The notes: generated from the sequence alone by a model not told the origin. Counted from the first letter of the stretch, positions 1 through 11,604 are shown. The stretch: 32,000 nucleotides of DNA from Mycolicibacterium smegmatis (GCF_001457595.1 NZ_LN831039.1:6540001-6572000), one strand, 5' to 3'. Translations and numbers: made by a program.

Positions 1-3764
<3,764 letters not shown>

Positions 3765-4132
3765 TCCCACCTAGCCCTTCAAGACGCATTTCTGAAGCCC
3801 CGCCGCCACCGGCCACGTACGGCCGCCAACTCGGCGTTAGCCAGCTCGGCGTGGAGAACCTTCGTGCAGCACTGAACGACGGCTTTGTGTCCCACACGCC
3901 ATAAGTGGGGAAAACGATAGGACAGAAACCGTGCGACATGCCAACTTAGCCGACCCTAACTATGCTGAATATCCAGCCGGGCCACAATCGTCGGATGATT
4001 GCGTGGTTTTGCCGAATTCCCCTGACCGGCTTGGTAATTGAGTTCCACACGACCCTGGGCCCGAACCGGCCCGATCCGGCCGACGGCCACACCGAGACCC
4101 GCGGGCGTTTGCTGAGGGGAGTTTTTATTCCC

Positions 4133-4159
4133 GTTACACAGCCGTTATACAGATTTTTC
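4133..4159. promoter_or_regulatory. Phased pentamer repeats GTTAC-N6-GTTAT-N6-TTTTC in the AT-rich core of the gltB/thioesterase divergent intergenic region; candidate response-regulator (GlnR-like) site
   Basis: GTTAC at 4133, GTTAT at 4144 and TTTTC at 4155 give an 11-nt period. Read on the gltB strand this is GAAAA-N6-ATAAC-N6-GTAAC, which resembles actinobacterial GlnR a/b half-sites (gTnAc / GaAAc separated by 6 nt). This is a pattern match only. Confidence 0.2.
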
Positions 4160-4425
4160 ACATTTGCGAGAAAGCTTAGTCAGATTCTTAGAATTTGCCG
4201 CAGCCCCTCAAAAGCATCCCTCAGACCACCAAAATCGGCCACCGGTGGGCCCGCCGTCGTGCGCATCCGACCACCATCCGCCACCGGAGCCTCGCAACGC
4301 ACTCCAACCCCGCTGCGCGGCACCGGATTCCGCGCCGCACGTAGGCCACACCGCAACCGGCCCGGCCGTGCGCACGACCCATTTATACCCACCTGGGGTA
4401 TATACGGCCTGCGCATACCGGCACT

Positions 4426-5235
4426 GTGAGGCGCATGCGTTTTCCGCTGACCACACCGCTGGGCCGCATGGGCGTCGAAAGCCTCGACGAGACCCCCGGG
4501 CACTGCGTCGCCTCGATCCCCGCGGGCGGCCTCACCAACCCGCTGACCGGAGCGCCCACGCTCGCGACGCTGGCCATGCTGGTCGACCACACCGGCGGGC
4601 TGGTGAACCACCTGCGGCGTCCGCCCGGCACGTGGACCGTGTCCAGTGAGCTGGCCATCGAATTCGCGCCCGAGGCCGACGAACTCATCGCGTCCGCGCC
4701 GCAGACACCGGTGATCGCGACCGGCACCGAGTTCGGGCCCACGATCTGGGCACCCCTGGCCATGTGCGAGCTCACCCACGACGGCCGTCCGGTGGCCACC
4801 GCGACCGTGCGCTCGGTATATGTGGCCGCGCCTGACCACATCGTCGAATGGCCCGCCGATGCCGGTGAGGGTGACCTGCTGCCGACGCTCGCCGAGCGAC
4901 TGGCGGTGGAGGTCGCCGAGAGCGGCGGAGCCACCAAGACGTTGCGGCAACTCTCGAACAAGGTCCTCAACAACAGCCTGGGCGTCGTGCACGGCGGAAT
5001 ATCGGCCTCGGCGCTGGAACTCGTCGGGTCGGCCGCCGTCAACGACAGCGACGGGCCCGCCCTTCGGACGGCGTCGCTGCGGGTGAACTACCTGCGGCAG
5101 TTCTTCGGCGGCGCGCACGCCCGGTACGAGGGTGCCGCGGTCCGGGTGGGACGCACCATGGCGGTCGCCGACGCGCAGGCCGTCGGCGACGACGGCAAGA
5201 CCGCGCTGCTGGCCCGAGTCACCGCTTACCGCTGA
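4426..5235 (+). CDS. Hotdog-fold (PaaI/4HBT-type) thioesterase, apparent double-hotdog
   Basis: ORF 4426..5235 starts at GTG 4426, with ATG 4435 as an alternative. The C-terminal half has LNNSLGVVHGGISASALELVGSAAV, a PaaI-type G-x-HGG core. The N-terminal half carries a degenerate copy, LATLAMLVDHTGGLV. The antisense ORF 4180..5358 is Arg/Gly-rich with no motif. Confidence 0.75.
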   Translation: MRRMRFPLTTPLGRMGVESLDETPGHCVASIPAGGLTNPLTGAPTLATLAMLVDHTGGLVNHLRRPPGTWTVSSELAIEFAPEADELIASAPQTPVIATGTEFGPTIWAPLAMCELTHDGRPVATATVRSVYVAAPDHIVEWPADAGEGDLLPTLAERLAVEVAESGGATKTLRQLSNKVLNNSLGVVHGGISASALELVGSAAVNDSDGPALRTASLRVNYLRQFFGGAHARYEGAAVRVGRTMAVADAQAVGDDGKTALLARVTAYR

Positions 5236-5266
5236 AGCCAGGCGGTTTGCGCAGTAGCATCCGCTC

Positions 5267-6643
5267 ATGCGCACGAGGCCTCGAATCGACGGAGGCCTGG
5301 GCAACTTCGTCCGGAACTCCGGATACGTCCGCAAATGGCTGATCCTGGGCATCGCCATCGGCGTGATCGCCGGCCTGGGCGCGGTGGTGTTCTACCTGGC
5401 CCTGGACGGCGCGGGCCGTGTGCTGCTGGGCTATCTCGGTGGCTATGGCATCCCGAAACCCTCGGGCGACGGCGGGAACCCCGGTTCCCCCGGCTTCGAC
5501 CGGCCGTGGGCCATCCCGCTCATCTCGTGTGGCGGTGCGCTGGTCTCGGCGTGGTTCGTGGCGAAGTTCGCGCCCGAGGCCGAAGGACACGGCACCGACG
5601 ACGCGATCGAGGCCGTGCACACCGACCCGCGCAAGATCCGGGTGCGGGCCATCGTGGTCAAGACCATTGCGAGTGCGCTGACCATAGGTTCGGGTGGTTC
5701 CGGCGGGCGCGAGGGACCCGCGGCGCACATCTCGGCCGGCTTCGGATCGCTGCTCACACGCTGGCTCAACCTGTCCGACGAGGACGGCCGCCTCGCGGTG
5801 TCCCTGGGGATCGGTGCGGGCATCGGCGCGATCTTCGGTGCGCCGCTCGGCGGGGCTGTGCTCGCGGCGTCGATCGTGTACCGCGACGATTTCGACTACC
5901 GGGCCCTGATCCCCGGCTTCATCACCTCGGCATCGGCATACGCGGTTCTCGGATCGATCCTCGGCTTCGACCCGCTGTTCGGCTTCCTGGTGGGTGACTA
6001 CCGGTTCGGCCAGGCGCTCGATCTCGCGTGGTTCGTGGTGCTCGGGGTGATCGCGGGCGGTGTGGGTTGGCTGTATGCCCGCGTGTTCTACGGCACCGTC
6101 GCGGTCACCAAGATGCTGCCCGGCGGCAAGATCGTCAAACCCGCCCTCGGCGGCCTCGCGGTGGGTTTGATGGCGCTCGCCATCCCGCAGGTGCTCGCGA
6201 GTGGATACGGATGGGCCGAAAAGGCCGCTGCCACAGAGACTCTGATGAACATTCCGTTGTGGATCGTGCTGGTGCTGCCGGTCGCGAAGATCGTCGCGAC
6301 GTCGCTGTCGATCGGTACCGGCGGGTCGGGCGGCATCTTCGGGCCCGGCGTGGTGATCGGTGCGTTCGTCGGAGCGGCGTTGTGGCGCTTGGGCGATGCG
6401 CTGGCGCTGCCTGGGATACCCGACAGCCCAGCGATTTTCGTCGTCGTCGGCATGATGGCGTGCTTCGGGTGCGTGGCACACGCGCCACTGGCGGTGATGA
6501 TCATGGTGTGCGAGATGACCAGTTCGTTCGCGGTGATCCCGTGCGCCATGGTCGGCGTCGGTGTCGCGTGCCTGACCATCTCGCGCAGCGACGTCGCGAT
6601 CTACCGGGCGCAGCGCGCCCGCCGCGAACCCGAACCTGCGTGA
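5267..6643 (+). CDS. ClC-family voltage-gated chloride channel / H+-Cl- exchanger homologue, no CBS domains
   Basis: 458-aa polytopic protein carrying ClC signature blocks: FAPEAEGHGTDDAIEAV, GSGGSGGREGPAAHISAG (GREGP), GGSGGIFGPGVVIG (GxFxP) and PLAVMIMVCEMTSSF. Confidence 0.9.
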   Translation: MRTRPRIDGGLGNFVRNSGYVRKWLILGIAIGVIAGLGAVVFYLALDGAGRVLLGYLGGYGIPKPSGDGGNPGSPGFDRPWAIPLISCGGALVSAWFVAKFAPEAEGHGTDDAIEAVHTDPRKIRVRAIVVKTIASALTIGSGGSGGREGPAAHISAGFGSLLTRWLNLSDEDGRLAVSLGIGAGIGAIFGAPLGGAVLAASIVYRDDFDYRALIPGFITSASAYAVLGSILGFDPLFGFLVGDYRFGQALDLAWFVVLGVIAGGVGWLYARVFYGTVAVTKMLPGGKIVKPALGGLAVGLMALAIPQVLASGYGWAEKAAATETLMNIPLWIVLVLPVAKIVATSLSIGTGGSGGIFGPGVVIGAFVGAALWRLGDALALPGIPDSPAIFVVVGMMACFGCVAHAPLAVMIMVCEMTSSFAVIPCAMVGVGVACLTISRSDVAIYRAQRARREPEPA

Positions 6644-6746
6644 CGGGAGTGCTGATTTCGGTCAGCAAACGAATCGGCAACACTAGCCTTGGCCTGAGCG
6701 GGCCCGTGTCACGGTACGGGCAGATAACCGCACTTAGGAGGCTCTG

Positions 6747-7520
6747 ATGCGAACGCCAACCATGACCCACCGCTTGACCGCCGAGTTCGTCGGCACCTTC
6801 TGGCTGGTGCTCGGCGGATGTGGCAGCGCAGTCTTCGCCGCGAAGTTCGTCGCCGACGACGGCGTGTCTCTGGGGATCGGATTCCTCGGCGTCGCCTTGG
6901 CGTTCGGCCTGACGGTGCTCACCGGCGTTTACGCGTTCGGCGTCATCTCGGGCGGCCACTTCAACCCGGCGGTCACGCTGGGTGCCGCACTCGCCAAACG
7001 GGTGGAGTGGGGTGCGGTGCTGCCGTACTGGATCGTGCAGGTGATCGGCGGCCTGCTGGCCGGCCTGGTGATCTATGTGGTCGCCAAGGGCAAAGAGGGG
7101 TGGAGCGCCATCGGCAACATGGCCGCCAACGGCTACGGCGAGCACTCGCCCGGGGGTTACTCACTGGTCGCGGTGCTGATCGCCGAGATCGTGCTCACCG
7201 GGATCTTCCTGCTCGTGATCCTGGGGTCCACCGACGATCGCGCGCCCAAGGGGTTCGCGGGCCTGTCGATCGGCCTGACATTGACCCTGATCCACCTGAT
7301 CTCGATCCCGATCTCGAACACGTCGGTGAACCCGGCGCGTTCGACGGCGGTCGCGTTCTTCAACGGCGACGGTGCGCCCGCGCAACTGTGGGCGTTCTGG
7401 CTGGCCCCCCTGGTCGGCGCCGCCATCGCGGGCGTCGCGTATCCGTACCTGTTCGGGGTGGCAGAAGAACTGGCCGAGCGCCCGGTGCGCGACGACGCGC
7501 TCGACGACCGACGCGGCTGA
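6747..7520 (+). CDS. aqpZ: Aquaporin Z (MIP family water channel)
   Basis: Two NPA boxes are present, [12 protein letters not shown] and [13 protein letters not shown]. The protein has a 6-TM layout. A strong SD, taggaggctctgATG, lies immediately upstream of 6747. Confidence 0.93.
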   Translation: MRTPTMTHRLTAEFVGTFWLVLGGCGSAVFAAKFVADDGVSLGIGFLGVALAFGLTVLTGVYAFGVISGGHFNPAVTLGAALAKRVEWGAVLPYWIVQVIGGLLAGLVIYVVAKGKEGWSAIGNMAANGYGEHSPGGYSLVAVLIAEIVLTGIFLLVILGSTDDRAPKGFAGLSIGLTLTLIHLISIPISNTSVNPARSTAVAFFNGDGAPAQLWAFWLAPLVGAAIAGVAYPYLFGVAEELAERPVRDDALDDRRG

Positions 7521-7527
7521 AAAAGAA

Positions 7528-7573
7528 CCGCACCGTCGGGGCCGCCGTTGTCTTGACGTCCCCGACGATGCGG
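7528..7573. terminator. Bidirectional stem-loop between convergent aqpZ and dps
   Basis: ccgcaccgtcgggg (7528-7541) pairs with ccccgacgatgcgg (7560-7573) at 13 of 14 positions, with an 18-nt loop. It lies between the aqpZ stop (7520) and the dps stop (7595). Confidence 0.6.
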
Positions 7574-7594
7574 TGTGTGCGGTGAGGTTCTCTA

Positions 7595-8146
7595 TCAGGC
7601 AGACTTGCGGCGCGCCTTGTCGGCGGCGCCCTTCTCGGTCGACTGCCCCTCGTGCGTCAGCTGGCCGCCGGCGCTCTCCAGGTGCGCCCGCACGAACCAC
7701 TGGAATTTCTCCAGCTCGCCGGCATGGGCGATGAGCAGGTCCTGTGACACCAGGTCGAGGTCTTCGAGTTTCTCGATCGACTTGCGGGTGTCTTCGATGA
7801 CGCCGTTGTACACCAGGTCGAGCGCGGCCAGGTGGGCCTGGACGGTGTCACGCTCGACGGAGTAGTCGTCCCACGTGCGGTCCTTGATGATCGCACCCGG
7901 GGTGCCCTTGGGCGACTTGCCCAGCGTCGCGATGCGCTCGGCCACCTCGTCGGCGTAACCACGCACCAGTTCGACCTGGGGGTCGATCATCTCGTGCACG
8001 CCGATGAAGTTCGGGCCCACGACGTTCCAGTGGACGTGTTTCAGCGTCAGATGCAGATCGTTGTAGGTGCTGAGCTGCTTCTGCAGCAGGTCCGCCACAT
8101 CGCTTGCCTTCTTGTCGGACAGGCCCGGAATGGTGAATGAGGTCAT
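7595..8146 (-). CDS. dps: DNA-binding protein from starved cells (Dps, ferritin-like), with a lysine/arginine C-terminal tail
   Basis: 183 aa: MTSFTIPGLSDKKASDVADLLQKQL..HVHWNVVGPNFIGVHEMID..DEVAERI..KGAADKARRKSA. The Dps ferroxidase-site residues are present. From memory the sequence matches M. smegmatis Dps1. A strong SD, aaaggagcaacgATG, precedes the start. Confidence 0.96.
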   Translation of the reverse strand: MTSFTIPGLSDKKASDVADLLQKQLSTYNDLHLTLKHVHWNVVGPNFIGVHEMIDPQVELVRGYADEVAERIATLGKSPKGTPGAIIKDRTWDDYSVERDTVQAHLAALDLVYNGVIEDTRKSIEKLEDLDLVSQDLLIAHAGELEKFQWFVRAHLESAGGQLTHEGQSTEKGAADKARRKSA

Positions 8147-8183
8147 CGTTGCTCCTTTTGCGTTTCCGCGTTCGACGCCTCGT

Positions 8184-8212
8184 GTACCCGGCAGCGCCGG
8201 GCACTAATCACC
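8184..8212 (-). promoter_or_regulatory. Candidate SigF-type promoter of dps (GGTGATT-N16-GGGTAC on the minus strand)
   Basis: The minus strand reads ggtGATTagtgcccggcgctgccGGGTACacg. GGGTAC (complement of 8184-8189) resembles the mycobacterial SigF -10 GGGTA(T). A GATT (versus GTTT) lies 16 nt upstream. As I recall, published work reports SigF/SigH dependence of this gene. Confidence 0.35.
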
Positions 8213-8239
8213 GGGGCCTGATCACCGGGCACTGATCAC
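8198..8239. repeat. 3 x 14 bp perfect-phase tandem repeat (minus strand: GTGATCAGTGCCCG / GTGATCAGGCCCCG / GTGATTAGTGCCCG)
   Basis: The units occupy 8226-8239, 8212-8225 and 8198-8211. The distal unit contains the TGA stop (8236-8238) of the upstream glycosylase gene. The proximal unit supplies the -35-like element of the dps promoter. Confidence 0.85.
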
Positions 8240-9135
8240 AGGGTGCGCAACTTCGGGATCGCCTGGCGGGGCCCGCGGCGCCGGTAGACGAACATCCCGC
8301 CGGCCTCCAACAACCGCACGGCGCGGTGGCGGTGCGGCCGCATCGGTTCGAGCAACTCGACCATGCCGGCGTCGTCGACCGGTTCACCGGTGAGCGCCTG
8401 GCCTACCAGTGTCGCGAGGTGATAGTCCCCCACCGAGAGCGCGTCGGCGTCGCCGAACACCCGCTGCATGGTCTCGGCGGCGGTCCACTCCCCCACCCCG
8501 GGCAGCGACCGCAGGCCGACTGCGGCGCGTTCGTGGGTGAGACGCTCCAGCGAATCGGCGCGCTGGGCACACATGACGATGGTGCGGGCCCGGCCGGGAT
8601 CGACGTTGGCCCGGTGGAACTCCCACGACGGGATGCGCCGCCACACCTCGGCGCTGGGCACCACCCGCATACCGTCCGGAGCGGGTCCGGGTGCGGGGGT
8701 GCCGAACTTGGTCACCAACGCGCGCCAGGCCCGCCAGGCATCCAGGCCGTACACGCGTTGTTCGATGATCGCGGGGATCAACGCCTCCAGCATCCGGCCG
8801 GTGCGGCCGAGCCTCAGGTGCGGAACCTGTCTGCGCGCCTTGGCGATCGTAGGCTCGGCCGGTGCGAAATCGGACGCGTCGTCGTCGACGCCCAGCAGAG
8901 CGGGCAGACGGTCGATGAACTCGTCGGCGCCCTCACCCCACGCCTGGCAGTCGGCGGCGTCTGTCGCCGCGCATGTGATGCGTGCGGTCACCGGTCCGCT
9001 GGGCATCAGGCTCGTGCGCCAGATCGCGCCTGCGGCGTCCACGCGGTAGCAGGGATCGATGCCGCCACGGCGCAGCGGCGCGAGCGTCAGCCCCGGACTT
9101 GCCGGGCCGCTGAACACCACCGTCGCACTTCGCAC
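8236..9135 (-). CDS. DNA-3-methyladenine glycosylase II-like (AlkA-like, HhH-GPD superfamily)
   Basis: 299 aa with the helix-hairpin-helix block LRSLPGVGEWTAAETMQRVFGDADALSVGDYHL, i.e. GVG.WTA plus a catalytic Asp region. Confidence 0.8.
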   Translation of the reverse strand: MRSATVVFSGPASPGLTLAPLRRGGIDPCYRVDAAGAIWRTSLMPSGPVTARITCAATDAADCQAWGEGADEFIDRLPALLGVDDDASDFAPAEPTIAKARRQVPHLRLGRTGRMLEALIPAIIEQRVYGLDAWRAWRALVTKFGTPAPGPAPDGMRVVPSAEVWRRIPSWEFHRANVDPGRARTIVMCAQRADSLERLTHERAAVGLRSLPGVGEWTAAETMQRVFGDADALSVGDYHLATLVGQALTGEPVDDAGMVELLEPMRPHRHRAVRLLEAGGMFVYRRRGPRQAIPKLRTL

Positions 9136-9178
9136 CGCACCAGGCTATGCCCGGCGCACGACAGGGCGGCGACACCGC

Positions 9179-9562
9179 TCACGCGACCGTGATCTCGGCC
9201 TTGTCGGGATAGAACGCCACGCGGCCCGCGATGTCGGCGACGGCCGGGTACGGCCGTTCGTAGGTCCAGATGGCGTCGGCGAGCGCTGCGCCCTCGGATC
9301 CGCTTCCGAATTCGAGGCTGTAGTAGTTCGCCTCGCCCTTGTACGGGCAGTAGGTCGTGGTGTCGCTGCGCCTGAGCACCGACCCGTCGACGTCGGCCAG
9401 CGGGATGTACTGCACGGGCGGATACGACGCTTCCTGCAGTGTCAGTGCGTCGTCGGTCTCGGCGATCACCGTGCCGTTCACGCGCACGGTGACATGTCTG
9501 CCGGTGGGCGTGACGGTGATGGGGTGCTCGGCGGTGGGTTCGAGGACGGGGCGAGAGGTCAT
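9179..9562 (-). CDS. DUF427 domain protein
   Basis: The ORF extends to 9604, but ATG at 9562 (MTSRPVLEP..) is the more likely start. DUF427-type block: VQYIPLADV..TTYCPYKGEANYYS..AIWTYERPYP..GRVAFY. The same block recurs in the protein at 23427..24290. Confidence 0.75.
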   Translation of the reverse strand: MTSRPVLEPTAEHPITVTPTGRHVTVRVNGTVIAETDDALTLQEASYPPVQYIPLADVDGSVLRRSDTTTYCPYKGEANYYSLEFGSGSEGAALADAIWTYERPYPAVADIAGRVAFYPDKAEITVA

Positions 9563-9696
9563 GTGAGGTCCAACGTGACGGGCCTCACCGATCTTCCGGT
9601 TCACCGCCCGACATCACGCCGAACATAATCTGGAATGACTCCAAACTTGTGGCGGAGGCCCTCCGGTGTTTGCCCCGTGATCGGTGCCACACAAGT

Positions 9697-9754
9697 TTCC
9701 TGCCACTCGACGATCAAATTCTGCCAGTGGAATTATTGCGCTGACCTGCGGGTT
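9697..9754 (+). promoter_or_regulatory. Candidate ECF-sigma promoter with upstream TGCCAC/TGCCAG direct repeat (copy 1)
   Basis: TGCCAC at 9701-9706 and TGCCAG at 9722-9727 are spaced 21 bp. GGAAT is at 9729-9733, followed by an 18-nt spacer tattgcgctgacctgcgg and GTT at 9752-9754. The start codon lies 46 nt downstream. Confidence 0.5.
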
Positions 9755-9799
9755 CTTTCAGTCAGACGCCCACAGAGAACGACCAGAAGGATCACGAAG

Positions 9800-10006
9800 A
9801 TGAAGAAGTTCGGAATTGCCGCCATCACCGCCAGCGGACTGGCCGCCGCCGTCCTGGGCCTGGCAGCCCCCGCGCAGGCCGTGCCGGCGCAGGTCGACTC
9901 GACCGTCATCTCGGCAGGCGTCGACCGCCTGCAGTGGCTGGACAAGGTCCAGCCGAAGGCCACCGCGCCGAAGGTGGACAACACGGTCCGCCACAGCGGG
10001 CGGTGA
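9800..10006 (+). CDS. Small secreted protein (68 aa; Sec signal peptide, roughly 41-aa mature part), paralogue of 11605..11829
   Basis: MKKFGIAAITASGLAAAVLGLAAPAQA|VPAQVDSTVISAGVDRLQWLDKVQPKATAPKVDNTVRHSGR. ATG is at 9800 with SD gaagga upstream. The longer track ORF from 9635 is an upstream extension through the promoter. Confidence 0.7.
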   Translation: MKKFGIAAITASGLAAAVLGLAAPAQAVPAQVDSTVISAGVDRLQWLDKVQPKATAPKVDNTVRHSGR

Positions 10007-10021
10007 CGCGTGACGTACGCG

Positions 10022-10050
10022 AGAGGGGCACCCGGTGCGGGTGCCCCTCT
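10022..10050. terminator. Perfect 12-bp GC-rich hairpin (agaggggcaccc / gggtgcccctct) followed by ttcgtgt
   Basis: Stem 10022-10033 pairs with 10039-10050 around loop ggtgc. It sits between the stop of the small gene (10006) and the stop of the convergent FAD oxidoreductase (10057). Confidence 0.75.
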
Positions 10051-10056
10051 TTCGTG

Positions 10057-11499
10057 TCAGTGCGGCTTTCGCGTGATGACGTCGGCGATCTTGGCGATCG
10101 GCGACGTGGTGGGACGGCCACCGGCCTCGTGCCGGTCGGCCAGCTTGTAGGCGATGTAGAGGCCCCGAACACCGAGCCACCGCAGCGGTTCGGGCTCCCA
10201 GTTGCGTGACCGGTGCCCGACCCAGGGCAGCTCGGTCAGCGGGGTGCTGCGGTTGCACACCAGATCAGCCAGTGTGCGTCCGGCGAGGTTGGTCGCGGTG
10301 ACGCCGTGGCCCACATATCCGCCGGCCCACCCCAGGCCCGTGGTCCGGTCGAGCACCACACTGGCCTCCCAGTCGCGCGGGACGGCCAGCACGCCGCACC
10401 ACCCGTGCGCGATGGGCACGTCACGCACCTGCGGCAGGATCGAGTGCAGCACGTCGGTGAGCAGCCGGATGGTCTTCGGCGGCACCCGGCCGTCGACGTC
10501 GGTGCGCGAGGCGTACCGGTACGGGACGCTGCGCCCGCCGATCGCGATGCGGTCGTCGACCGTGCGCTGCGCGTAGAAGAAGCCGTGCGCCGAATCGCCC
10601 ACGGTTTCGCGTCCCTGCCAACCGATCTCGTCCCACACGTGCGCCGGGATCGGCTCGGTGGCGATCATCGAACTGTTCATCGGAAGCCACGCGCGACGCT
10701 GTCCGGGCAACGCCGCGGTGAACCCCTCGGTGGCGCGCAGCACGATCGGCGCCCGAACGGTTCCGCGTGCGGTCACCGCGCGCCCCTGCGCGATCTCGGC
10801 GACCGGGGACTGCTCGTAGATCGTGACACCCAGACGTTCGACGGCCTCGGCCAGACCGCGGGCCAGCGCGGCAGGCTGGATCCGCGCGCAGTGCGGATTG
10901 TGATAGGCCGACACCAGGCCGTTGAACCGGATGCGTTCTGCTGCTTGCTCTTTGGTGAGTTCGGTGACATCGACACCCCACGACCGCTCCTCGGCGATCG
11001 AGGCCGCCAACCGCGCCGCCTGCGCCGGGTTGCGCGCGATCTCCAAGGTGCCGCCCTTGACCGCACCCGCGTCGATGCCCTCGGCCTCGGCCACCGCGAT
11101 GACCTCGTCGACGGCTTCGTTGAGCGCCTTCTGCCAGGCGAGCACCCTGTCCCGTCCGTACAGCTCGGCCATGCGGCGCCGGTCACCCGGCACCAGTCCC
11201 GACAGCCAACCGCCGTTGCGACCCGACGCCCCGAAACCGGCGAAGCGCGCCTCAAGGATCGTGATGCGCAGCGACGGATCCGCCTTCTTGAGGTAGTACG
11301 CGGTCCAGAGTCCCGTGTACCCCGCGCCGACGATGCACACGTCGGCGTCCCGGTCGCCGGGCAGCGGCGGCCGTGGCGTGGGCAGGGTGTCGAACCAATG
11401 GGAGATCTGACCGTTCACCGTGATGGGCACCGTGAGATTCTGCCAGCAGTTGCTGAAATCCCGCCGTCCGCGGATCACTTCCTGCCACCCGGCGGTCAA
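10057..11499 (-). CDS. FAD-dependent oxidoreductase (DAO family; PuuB / amine-oxidoreductase-like)
   Basis: Rossmann motif DVCIVGAGYTGLWTAYYL followed by ..FGASGRNGGW. The start is uncertain. The first 23 codons overlap the conserved promoter element of the neighbouring small gene, so GTG at 11430 (VPITVNGQISHWFD..) is a plausible true start. Confidence 0.85.
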   Translation of the reverse strand: MTAGWQEVIRGRRDFSNCWQNLTVPITVNGQISHWFDTLPTPRPPLPGDRDADVCIVGAGYTGLWTAYYLKKADPSLRITILEARFAGFGASGRNGGWLSGLVPGDRRRMAELYGRDRVLAWQKALNEAVDEVIAVAEAEGIDAGAVKGGTLEIARNPAQAARLAASIAEERSWGVDVTELTKEQAAERIRFNGLVSAYHNPHCARIQPAALARGLAEAVERLGVTIYEQSPVAEIAQGRAVTARGTVRAPIVLRATEGFTAALPGQRRAWLPMNSSMIATEPIPAHVWDEIGWQGRETVGDSAHGFFYAQRTVDDRIAIGGRSVPYRYASRTDVDGRVPPKTIRLLTDVLHSILPQVRDVPIAHGWCGVLAVPRDWEASVVLDRTTGLGWAGGYVGHGVTATNLAGRTLADLVCNRSTPLTELPWVGHRSRNWEPEPLRWLGVRGLYIAYKLADRHEAGGRPTTSPIAKIADVITRKPH

Positions 11500-11536
11500 T
11501 TCCTGCCACCGGAATTAAACCCCTGACCTGCATGTT
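11479..11536 (+). promoter_or_regulatory. Candidate ECF-sigma promoter with upstream TGCCAC direct repeat (copy 2)
   Basis: TGCCAC at 11483-11488 and 11504-11509 are spaced 21 bp. GGAAT is at 11511-11515, followed by an 18-nt spacer taaacccctgacctgcat and GTT at 11534-11536. Confidence 0.5.
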
Positions 11537-11604
11537 CAGGTAAGCATACGGCACGGATCGCACGGAATCCGAAAGCCGAAGAGCCGCCAAAAGGGAGAGA
11601 GAAA

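Noticed and set aside
4396-4401. GGGTAT as a SigF -10 upstream of the thioesterase gene
   Set aside because: No GTTT-like -35 lies 15-17 nt upstream; the nearest TTT is only 11 nt away. The hexamer is better explained as one arm of the TATACCC/GGGTATA palindrome.
5236-5266. Fluoride or other riboswitch upstream of the ClC gene
   Set aside because: The gap to the preceding gene is only 31 nt, too short for a crcB-type riboswitch. The protein also keeps GREGP rather than the CLC-F pattern.
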